Below are positions 1 through 7,671 of a stretch of 22,533 bases of DNA, in pieces (within the stretch, counting starts at the first letter, position 1; each line of letters opens with the position of its first letter). Made by a program: the position numbers and the translations under genes. Source of the stretch: Candidatus Muiribacteriota bacterium. GTDB lineage: Bacteria; Muiribacteriota; DAOVTB01. The stretch is from the NCBI GenBank assembly GCA_030633305.1, contig DAOVTB010000052.1, positions 1-22,533 of the forward strand. Reading direction: 5' to 3'. The notes beneath the pieces are model-generated. The model searched no databases. It was given only the letters and a program-made list of their open reading frames with translations, and was not told the DNA's origin.

Positions 1-610
1 AAAATAAATATTGCCCTTTAATTCCATATTTATTTTTTACAAATTCGGTTTTTTCGGTGGTGAATGTGCAATGAGACCAGTTTTCTTTACCTAAATAAAT
101 TAAATCCGTTTTGTCTTTTTTTGCGCCTGTAATGGCAAGAAAGTCCTTTTTAGTTGATTCTGAAATAGTAATAACTCTATCCGCAAATTTTGCTGCTAAG
201 CATGTAAAAAAACGAAAATAATACCTTTTAATCAATTCATGATATTGAGGAAATTTAAAAAAAGTCATATCATGAATTGTTACAACTCTTTTTACGCCTG
301 GAGCGAACAGGGGGAAGGAATAGTGCAGGGAGTGAATAATATCTATCTTATTTTTAACGGCAATGTATGGAATTATAAATTGTTCCAGGAAAAATCTGAA
401 AATTAGTTTGCGAAAAATTTTGCTTTGAATTGATAAAAACTGGAAATTTCGATTCTCTATATCATCAAGTGAATGTTCGTCATCTTGTATGACAATATAA
501 TATTTATTCTCATAATTCAGTTTTGCGATTTCTTTGACGAGGTTTAATGCATATACTCCTACTCCAACTTTTTGTAGTGGAATCTGTGTAAAATCAATCA
601 GTACATTCAT
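1..610 (-). CDS. Glycosyltransferase family 4 (GT-B, group 1), N-terminal part; gene runs off the window start
   Basis: Reverse-strand translation from ATG at 610 is open to position 1 (MNVLIDFTQIPLQKVGVGVYALNLVKEIAKL...RVVTIHDMTFFKFPQY...). It resembles the N-terminal domain of GT4 enzymes and is paralogous to the downstream GT4 N-terminus (VIITVHDLVPLIHPYFS). The ORF track omits it because it is truncated by the window edge. Confidence 0.6.
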   Translation of the reverse strand, partial: MNVLIDFTQIPLQKVGVGVYALNLVKEIAKLNYENKYYIVIQDDEHSLDDIENRNFQFLSIQSKIFRKLIFRFFLEQFIIPYIAVKNKIDIIHSLHYSFPLFAPGVKRVVTIHDMTFFKFPQYHELIKRYYFRFFTCLAAKFADRVITISESTKKDFLAITGAKKDKTDLIYLGKENWSHCTFTTEKTEFVKNKYGIKGQYLF

Positions 611-782
611 TTGTCAGGAAGAAATATTGTTATGGTTAACCGTGTATTGTAGGAGCCTTTTTAAGGTAAGTGCCATGTAGTACTTTGCTTATTTCAAATA
701 CCTGCAATTTGCGTGTTTTGTTAATTTTATCAAATAGCTATAAGCATCAGGGTTGATAGGTATGCCTAATGAATAATTACAA

Positions 783-1856
783 TTATCCTATCCGGCAATA
801 TATTTCCTTTGTTAACCGAGCACACTTGCCCCACGTGAAAAGCTTAGCTCGTTCCAAGCCGAGAGCTGAAAGTTCATTAGCCAAAGAGTCATCAGTAAGA
901 ATCCTGGATAGAGCATCGGCGATCTCGCCCGTTCGCTCTGGATTCACATACAAACAAGACTGACCAGCTACCTCGGGCAGGCTTGCCCGATTGCTGGCAA
1001 CTACTGGACACCCGCAAGCCATTGCCTCCAGCACGGGGAGACCGAATCCTTCGTAAAAGGAAGGATATATAAAGGCTAAGGCTCTCTGGTAGAGTTTAAT
1101 CAGATCCTGACTAGAGACGTAGCCTAGGAAAAGCACATCTGATTTGTATTCATTAGGTATACGGAATAAATTAGAATGCTTCCAACCTTCCCTTCCAGCC
1201 AGTAGGAGGCGGGTAGACACTTTAGTTCGTTGCTTCATTTGTATAAAAGCCTCAATTAAGCCTTTAAAATTTTTGCGCGGCTCCAGGGTCGCGACAGACA
1301 GGACGTAGTCTTCCTTAGGGCTGGATATTGGCCTAAACTCCTCCCCGACCCCTTCAGGGACGACTGTAATTTTATCTGAAGGTTGGTCATAAAAATGAAT
1401 AATATCCCGTTTGGTTGAATTACTTACTGCTATAAGATGGTCCGCTTCTGATATTTGTCGTCCGACAAAATAGCGAAAGTAGACTCGATGCCTAATTGTA
1501 CTAAAATAGGGATGAATGAGAGGAACTAAATCATGGACTGTTATAATTACTGCTGTCTTTGGTTTAAAGAAAAAAGGAGTAACAACAGTTGGGCAGTGGA
1601 TGATGTCGTAGTTGCTCAGGCCTGATAGAGGATGAACAAGTGAATTAAAAAAAACGGCTCCAAACATACGTAATTGATGGTGTCTTCGCGTTTTTATGTT
1701 TCGGGGCAAAATTTCCAACGGTGTTCTATTCGATACGATAGCCGTCAAATCCAACCCGTTATGTTTACTCAACTCCTTTATTAGATGCCATGCATAATAC
1801 TGACATCCTGTCATTTCCAGACTATCGATTATTTCAAGGGGAATGGCAACATTCAT
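783..1856 (-). CDS. Glycosyltransferase family 4 (group 1 glycosyl transferase)
   Basis: C-terminal GT4 signature EGFGLPVLEAMACGCPVVASNRASLPEVAG with E-x7-E motif context (FYEGFGL...EAMA). 357 aa. Sampled 60-mers are roughly 45–60% G+C, against ~25–30% in flanking DNA. Confidence 0.85.
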   Translation of the reverse strand: MNVAIPLEIIDSLEMTGCQYYAWHLIKELSKHNGLDLTAIVSNRTPLEILPRNIKTRRHHQLRMFGAVFFNSLVHPLSGLSNYDIIHCPTVVTPFFFKPKTAVIITVHDLVPLIHPYFSTIRHRVYFRYFVGRQISEADHLIAVSNSTKRDIIHFYDQPSDKITVVPEGVGEEFRPISSPKEDYVLSVATLEPRKNFKGLIEAFIQMKQRTKVSTRLLLAGREGWKHSNLFRIPNEYKSDVLFLGYVSSQDLIKLYQRALAFIYPSFYEGFGLPVLEAMACGCPVVASNRASLPEVAGQSCLYVNPERTGEIADALSRILTDDSLANELSALGLERAKLFTWGKCARLTKEIYCRIG

Positions 1857-1906
1857 TGTCGATTTTATAGTGAGGCCTTTATCTTAGAGTTTAAGTATAA
1901 TCCGGT

Positions 1907-2719
1907 TTATTTTTTTTCAATAAATCCTACTGTTTCATTCAATCCAACCTGAGCAAGAAATTCATTTCTGAATGTAACAAGTTCCTTATCACCAGGATTT
2001 TTTCTGATCATCTTTGAAAATTCAGCCAGTGTGTCATACCACATGCCATTATTAGCATATGCCTGCACTTTATCAAGACCTTTTGCTTTTGCAAATTCCA
2101 ATTTTTCTTTTTTGCTCGGATCTACATATTTAATAGTTCCAAATGCCTTCTTATCTCCTGAAGCATCCTCTGAATTTTTACCTGAAACAGACCATTTATA
2201 TACCCTGCCAGGAAGTAATTTCATACCGTATTTTTTTAGACTAACACCCACAATACCGGATTTTTTTGAACAATTCACTTCAGTTCGAAATACATATCCA
2301 AGATTTTTCTGAGGTTTACTTACTTCATTCCCATCCTCGTCTTCATCATCTTCGTCATCAACATCTTCTTCACTGTACAAATCATCAATTGATGCTCCCT
2401 TCCTTGGTTCAAGAGTCAATGTAAAATAAATTTTCTGTTTTGTAGATTTTCTGATAAACCAGTAAATAGTTGGTTGATCTATAGATGAATATCCAATGTG
2501 ATCTGGAACAAGAGCTGAAATAAACGGAATATCATTTGGTCCTCTTGCAGCTGCACCTTCACGATTTGTAGGTGCACCTATATCTGCTTTAGGTTTATAA
2601 ACAAAAGCTCTTCTTCTTTTTTTCTTCTTCTTTTTTTTCTGAGCAAGAAGATCATTTGATGTAGAAAATAGAAATACCATAAAAACAAAAACCGCTATCA
2701 GTTTATAAAAAATTCTCAT
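1907..2719 (-). CDS. Secreted DUF928-like protein with poly-Lys/Arg and poly-Asp/Glu low-complexity tracts
   Basis: N-terminal signal peptide (MRIFYKLIAVFVFMVFLFSTSNDLLAQ), then KKKKKKKRRR, then a region I recognise as DUF928-like (IGYSSIDQPTIYWFI...TLTLEP...), then acidic run EEDVDDEDDEDEDG. GGAGG RBS 6 nt upstream of ATG at 2719. Sits beside a CHASE2 gene, as is typical for DUF928. Confidence 0.55.
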   Translation of the reverse strand: MRIFYKLIAVFVFMVFLFSTSNDLLAQKKKKKKKRRRAFVYKPKADIGAPTNREGAAARGPNDIPFISALVPDHIGYSSIDQPTIYWFIRKSTKQKIYFTLTLEPRKGASIDDLYSEEDVDDEDDEDEDGNEVSKPQKNLGYVFRTEVNCSKKSGIVGVSLKKYGMKLLPGRVYKWSVSGKNSEDASGDKKAFGTIKYVDPSKKEKLEFAKAKGLDKVQAYANNGMWYDTLAEFSKMIRKNPGDKELVTFRNEFLAQVGLNETVGFIEKK

Positions 2720-2769
2720 TCAATTCCTCCATATTTATATGTTACATTATTATAATGACAAGAACATCT

Positions 2770-4701
2770 CTATTTTGTCAAATTTTTACTCAATTCTTCC
2801 TTAACTCTATATATATCAATTTCTCGGTCTTTTCCTTTTAATCGGACAGAGCCTACTTTTTCCGTTTTGAATTTGCCTCTTACATACATATATGTTGATA
2901 CACCAATTAAAATCCTACAAACACCATAACTCATATTATCCGTTTTATCAAAACTTTCAAGTCGAGAAGCAGTATTTACAGTATCCCCTAATACCGTATA
3001 CTCCATACGGGTTGTACTTCCAAGACTTCCGGCAATTACAGGTCCAGTGAATATTCCTATTCTCATTTTTATCATTGGTAATTTTTTTTCAACAAGTTTT
3101 TTATTTAATTGAATCAACGCTTCTTCCATATCTAATGCACAGCTTACGGAATTAAAAGCATCTTCAGATATTGCTTCAGCAGTTGTCCTGGCAACCGGAA
3201 TTCCAAAAACTGCCATTATAGAATCTCCAATAAATTTATCGATAACTCCATTATGCTCAGCAATCACTTGAGACATCAATTCCATGTATTCATTCAACCA
3301 ATCAAGTAAAACTCCCGGTTCCATTTTTTCAGATATTGTTGTAAATCCCTTCAAATCTGAAAATAAGACAGTAGTCATCATCCTTTGAGGCTGAGGACGA
3401 TTACCATCCATAAACTGATCTCTTTTTTCCCAAAGTGCTTCAGCAACATCCTGTGAAACATGCTTTGAAAACAATTGCATTAACTGTCCCCGATGCATTT
3501 TTTCCTGCCTTGAAATTATAACCAGAATAATAGATGATGTGATCAAATATGAAAAAATCTGCGGGACAACAGGAATCCAGAGACCTATTGCTAAAAGGTG
3601 AAATGTAAATAAAATCAATCCAATCATTACTATTATTGAAATAATAGCAAAAAAAACGGATGATCCCAGCCATAAAGCCACGAAACTTCCTAGTAAAGAC
3701 CAAAGCACAATCCAAAGATTTTCAAACGTTTCGTTAAAACTGCGCATTGGTTTTTTTCCATCCAGAACACATCTAAGTAACTGACTGACAATTTGCGCAT
3801 GAATCATGACACCAGGAGTTTTCTGCCCTGATTTCATTGACTGGCTGAAAGGAGTATAAAAGAAATCTTTCTTACTCACCGCAGTAGGACCAATTATCAC
3901 TAGTTTGTCTTTCAAATCTTTACTACTGACTTTACCAGTTAAAACATCCTGCAAAGAAAATTTTGTAAATCTTGATCCTATTGACTGGTAATCAAGCATA
4001 AATTGAAAGCCATTTACATTTGCATTTATATAACCACCTTCATCAGGTTTCATCCTGTACAACCTGAGTTTTCCAAATTGTATACTGTCATCTTGATTCT
4101 GTTGGAATACGATCGCAGAATCAACATAATGATATGCCAGCAGAAAGGCAAAAGAATTAAACATTTTTTCTTCTAAGTTCATGAATATAAGTCCACGTCT
4201 AATAATCCCACCGGGATCAACTACAACATCATTAAAACTCACCAGTTCTTGATGTTGCAAAAAATGCATTGCTGGCTTTACGCCCGGAGTTAGTTCATCT
4301 CCCATTTTTTGAATTGTTACAATCAATGGTTCGTCATCCGGGTCAACGTCAAACATAGCTTTTAATTTTTCTGTTCCAGGGGGAACTGGCTGATCACGAT
4401 AGAAATCAAAACCTATAACTGCAGGCTCATATTTCAAAAGGGTTGTAAATAATTCGTGAAGCAGGTCATCGTTCAATGTCCACGGAGAATTCCGATTTTT
4501 AAAAGCCCACGCTAAGTCATCATCTGTAATTCCAATTATCACAATCCTGTCATCTTTGACATTCTTACTCGCACTTTCCCTTAGATATAAATCATAAGCT
4601 GCAAGTTCAAGATATTCAAAAAAACCATATGTTCTCATGAAAATAATAGAAGAACATACTATGAATATACAAATAATCATCAATTTCAATTTTGCAGTCA
4701 T
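2770..4701 (-). CDS. CHASE2 extracytoplasmic sensor domain – transmembrane – class III adenylate/guanylate cyclase
   Basis: N-terminal TM helix, ~300 aa periplasmic domain matching CHASE2 (IVIIGITDDDL...FDF...), three TM helices, then CYC catalytic domain (TVLFSDLKGFTTISE...FIGDSIMAVFGIP...RIGIFTGPVIAGSLGS...YTVLGDTVNTASRLES). AGAGG RBS upstream. Confidence 0.85.
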   Translation of the reverse strand: MTAKLKLMIICIFIVCSSIIFMRTYGFFEYLELAAYDLYLRESASKNVKDDRIVIIGITDDDLAWAFKNRNSPWTLNDDLLHELFTTLLKYEPAVIGFDFYRDQPVPPGTEKLKAMFDVDPDDEPLIVTIQKMGDELTPGVKPAMHFLQHQELVSFNDVVVDPGGIIRRGLIFMNLEEKMFNSFAFLLAYHYVDSAIVFQQNQDDSIQFGKLRLYRMKPDEGGYINANVNGFQFMLDYQSIGSRFTKFSLQDVLTGKVSSKDLKDKLVIIGPTAVSKKDFFYTPFSQSMKSGQKTPGVMIHAQIVSQLLRCVLDGKKPMRSFNETFENLWIVLWSLLGSFVALWLGSSVFFAIISIIVMIGLILFTFHLLAIGLWIPVVPQIFSYLITSSIILVIISRQEKMHRGQLMQLFSKHVSQDVAEALWEKRDQFMDGNRPQPQRMMTTVLFSDLKGFTTISEKMEPGVLLDWLNEYMELMSQVIAEHNGVIDKFIGDSIMAVFGIPVARTTAEAISEDAFNSVSCALDMEEALIQLNKKLVEKKLPMIKMRIGIFTGPVIAGSLGSTTRMEYTVLGDTVNTASRLESFDKTDNMSYGVCRILIGVSTYMYVRGKFKTEKVGSVRLKGKDREIDIYRVKEELSKNLTK

Positions 4702-4888
4702 TCTATGCCTCTATCCAATCTTTTCCACACATTGATCACCAGTATTCAACAACATTCTGCAAATACTCATCTCCATCAGGGACTAATTTTTCACCAATAT
4801 TATAACACAACTCTTTATTATTAAAACTTTTTTCAAGATCCCAGACTTTGAATGAGATGAAGATTGGAACTTTCAAAGCAATTTATGC

Positions 4889-4932
4889 TGAGGTGTGCAC
4901 CCCACTCCGCAAGCATAAATTGTTGTAGAAAG
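4889..4932. other. Perfect 10-bp inverted repeat (CAATTTATGC/GCATAAATTG) enclosing a 24-nt G+C-rich loop (TGAGGTGTGCACCCCACTCCGCAA)
   Basis: Read directly from sequence. Lies 30–75 nt downstream of the CHAT gene stop (minus strand) and upstream of the cyclase gene. Not a canonical Rho-independent terminator: large loop, no clean U-tract. Confidence 0.5.
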
Positions 4933-4962
4933 TTTCAAGATTTGCTCATTCAATGTTTGGGA

Positions 4963-7260
4963 TTATAACCAGTTTCCAATCAGAATAAACGCGGACCAAT
5001 AAAGCGGATGCTTGTATCTATCATCTTTAAGAAGTTTTACCTGGGACATTTGAAGAGCCTTTGCTTTTGAAATCGAACTATCTTTAAGATTTTTATAAAA
5101 ATTAACAATCATGTCTGATGCAGCCTTATCATCAACATACCACAAGGACGCTAGTGCAGATCTAGCACCAGCTTTAATAGCAACTCCTGCCAATCCAAGT
5201 GACGCTTTATCATTCCCGGCAGCTGTTTTACAAGCACTCAGTGTCAGCAGTTCAACGGGTTTATCGCGAAATACCGTCTGGCTCATGAATCTTTCCAGAT
5301 GATCCATAGTCATCTTTTTATCCCAGGCCAGAAGATAACTCTTTCTGGCATCATCAAGAAATTCTCCATGTGAAGCGATATGAACAATTGAATAAGGCTC
5401 ATTTTTAAGATTTTCCCCAAAACTGTCAACAAGAAATTCCTTGTTCTTCAGGACATTACTATCATAAGATTCTTTTATCTCTTTCAGTTCCTTCTCGACA
5501 TTACCAAGAGGAGCAAATCCCTGGACTGATTCTGTTAAACCAGCCATCATGATTTTTACATCTTCCCTTTTAATTGGCTTTGGATCTGTTAGATTAAGAC
5601 CTGGAGTCACAGCAATAGCAAATTTTTCAATAAGATATTTTTTTTCTTTTCTATCCCTTAATGCACCCATGGGAATTGCACGCAATGAACCATCTGGAAC
5701 AAACACCAAAGTTGTAATATTTTGAGCTTTTAATTCTTCTTCAATAGGTTTGATTATCCATTTATAGAGCCTGTACGAATATTTCAGATACCTGTATGTT
5801 GTAGAATCAACAATATGTTTTCTTAATCTTCTGGCATTTTTCATTAATCGTTTTGAAGTAACTTTAACCTCAAATCTCTTGATATCTTTAGAAGTACTTA
5901 CCAGTAATTCCAATCTGTCCTGAAGAGGAATTATATATATTATTGCAGCATCTGAAGAGATGGAATCAAGTGATTTCTTTTTTGCTTTAAGAACAACTGC
6001 ACAATCATCATGAAAATAATCCTGCATTTCAGCTGTTTTCATCGATTCGATTGTTTCTCTGGCTTTAAGAAGATATTTTTTTTCAGCATCACCCTTCAAA
6101 CCAACAGACCTTAAAAGATATAAATCCGCGAGTCCATAGTATACTGGTTCTACCGCTTCCCTGTAAGACACTCTTCCCGCAGTACCACCACTGGACATTG
6201 CCTGTCTAACTGACTGGAGCGTATCAACAGCACTTTTATAAGCTATTATCGCATCATCATATTTCCCTTTATTCTTTAGAAACTTCCCGATTTGAGCTTC
6301 CCATAGATATACAGATTCAGGCGCCTGCCCTTTCTGCGCTGCTTGAAGTGCTTTTCTGGTCAATTCTATTGCATCATCAAAACTACCTCTTTCTTCATGT
6401 AATTGTGCAAGATACCCGTATGCATATGATGCGGCCCGCATATCCATAATTTTTTCAGCCATTATTGCTGAATCAGTTAACAATTTGTATGAAAGATAAA
6501 GTAAATCAGCAATCTTGGTAGTATCTTTACACAAAGTAGAAACCCGTTTATATGATTGTGCAATATTGATCAAACCATAAACTTTTCCATGTGAATCAGG
6601 AAGAGATCTGAATCTTTGATCTGCAATATCTAAAACCTCAAGGGCTACATCCATCTTCTTCATAAGAAACGCTGTTCGTCCAATATTTGCCAGCATTTTT
6701 GCAGACATGAGTTTTTTTCCGGTTTTACTGGTATATTTTACCCCGGCCTTATATGAATCAATGGCTTGAGCATATTTTTTTGTATAAATATAAAGGTTAC
6801 CCAAATTATTAAGTGCGCCGGCAACAGCATCAAGATTATCACATTTAATTCCAATCTTGACTGCCTCTTTAAGATCTTTTTCAGCCTTATCAAATTTCCC
6901 GAGAAACATTGAAGCATTTCCCAAACCAGACATTATCAGAGCTTGGATACTTTCAAATTTGTATTTTACAGCATTTTTTTCTGCAAGTTCCAGCGCCACA
7001 GACGCTTTCGTATACTCTCCCAGATACTGGTACGAACGGGATAATTCCAGTAAAGCCTGGCAATACAGGTTATGTTCCGCCTTTTTTGCAAATTTATCTG
7101 CTGCAAATTTGAAACTAAGGGCTGCATCTTCAAAATTCCCATTTTTGTAATATTGATATCCCCGACTTTGATATCCTTTTCCATCAATTGGAAAACAAGG
7201 CATCAATACAAAATTAAAAACTATAAAAAAAACAAGAACATTAATAATATATCTATTCAT
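4963..7260 (-). CDS. Signal-peptide TPR-repeat protein with C-terminal CHAT (caspase-like HetF-associated with TPRs) peptidase domain
   Basis: N-terminal hydrophobic signal/TM segment; multiple TPR-like repeats (YQYYKNGNFEDAALSFKFA..., LGNLYIYTKKYAQAIDSYKAG...); C-terminal CHAT domain with His/Cys dyad context (IVHIASHGEF...LLTLSACKTAAG...). GGTGGA RBS upstream of ATG at 7260. Confidence 0.85.
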   Translation of the reverse strand: MNRYIINVLVFFIVFNFVLMPCFPIDGKGYQSRGYQYYKNGNFEDAALSFKFAADKFAKKAEHNLYCQALLELSRSYQYLGEYTKASVALELAEKNAVKYKFESIQALIMSGLGNASMFLGKFDKAEKDLKEAVKIGIKCDNLDAVAGALNNLGNLYIYTKKYAQAIDSYKAGVKYTSKTGKKLMSAKMLANIGRTAFLMKKMDVALEVLDIADQRFRSLPDSHGKVYGLINIAQSYKRVSTLCKDTTKIADLLYLSYKLLTDSAIMAEKIMDMRAASYAYGYLAQLHEERGSFDDAIELTRKALQAAQKGQAPESVYLWEAQIGKFLKNKGKYDDAIIAYKSAVDTLQSVRQAMSSGGTAGRVSYREAVEPVYYGLADLYLLRSVGLKGDAEKKYLLKARETIESMKTAEMQDYFHDDCAVVLKAKKKSLDSISSDAAIIYIIPLQDRLELLVSTSKDIKRFEVKVTSKRLMKNARRLRKHIVDSTTYRYLKYSYRLYKWIIKPIEEELKAQNITTLVFVPDGSLRAIPMGALRDRKEKKYLIEKFAIAVTPGLNLTDPKPIKREDVKIMMAGLTESVQGFAPLGNVEKELKEIKESYDSNVLKNKEFLVDSFGENLKNEPYSIVHIASHGEFLDDARKSYLLAWDKKMTMDHLERFMSQTVFRDKPVELLTLSACKTAAGNDKASLGLAGVAIKAGARSALASLWYVDDKAASDMIVNFYKNLKDSSISKAKALQMSQVKLLKDDRYKHPLYWSAFILIGNWL

Positions 7261-7344
7261 AAATCCACCATTTTAATTTACTTATGTTTCCAACAAATGT
7301 TAACAGATACATAAAGCTTTATCAAGCGATAACCAAGCTCAGAG

Positions 7345-7585
7345 TGCATAACTTTTTAGTTCAAATAATATAAAAATTAACAAAATGCTTTTTTAGCCAC
7401 AGATGGACACAGATAAAACACAGAATTTTTAATACAAAAGAATCAAAAAAATGTATAAAACTTCAAAAACAATCTTTACTTAATCTTTTGCTGTTTTATT
7501 ATAAGCACTCTTATATCTGTGTTTATCTGTGTTAATCTGTGGCCTAATTTTTTTTAATTCTATTGCAGAACTAAAAAGTTGTGCA
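7345..7585. repeat. Nested imperfect palindrome: outer 18-bp inverted repeat (TGCATAACTTTTTAGTTC / GAACTAAAAAGTTGTGCA), inner ~30-bp inverted repeat made of three helically phased CACAGAT units per arm
   Basis: Left arm 7393–7425 GCCACAGATGGACACAGATAAAACACAGAA. Right arm 7515–7546 is its reverse complement with 3 mismatches. CACAGAT units at 7398, 7408, 7419 and ATCTGTG at 7515, 7525, 7535 (10–11 bp spacing). Sits in the divergent intergenic region between the CHAT and TpsB genes. Confidence 0.7.
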
Positions 7586-7671
7586 CCCCCAAGCTTTTCT
7601 CATGTAAAAAATTCTAATATTTCATTATTTTATGTCGATAATTCCTACAATATAATAATGAATGGATTAAA

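Noticed and set aside
769-963. 64-aa plus-strand ORF
   Set aside because: Lies entirely inside the well-supported minus-strand GT4 gene and has no RBS, so it is a spurious antisense ORF.
3440-3715. 91-aa minus-strand ORF inside the CHASE2-cyclase gene
   Set aside because: Alternative frame of a confidently annotated gene; no independent support.
4895-4978. 27-aa Cys-rich mini-ORF (MLRCAPHSASINCCRKFQDLLIQCLGL) on the plus strand overlapping the hairpin
   Set aside because: It is on the opposite strand to all surrounding genes, has no RBS, and overlaps the 3' end of the CHAT gene. The G+C-rich hairpin explains the sequence better than a coding role.
5111-7314. Several 60–100-aa ORFs on both strands within or overlapping the TPR–CHAT gene
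   Set aside because: All sit inside the 765-aa CHAT ORF in other frames or on the antisense strand. They reflect biased composition, not genes.
7345-7585. Considered whether the repeated CACAGAT region could be a CRISPR array
   Set aside because: Repeats are 7-bp units in inverted, not direct, arrangement, with no regular repeat-spacer periodicity of 25–40 bp. No cas genes nearby.
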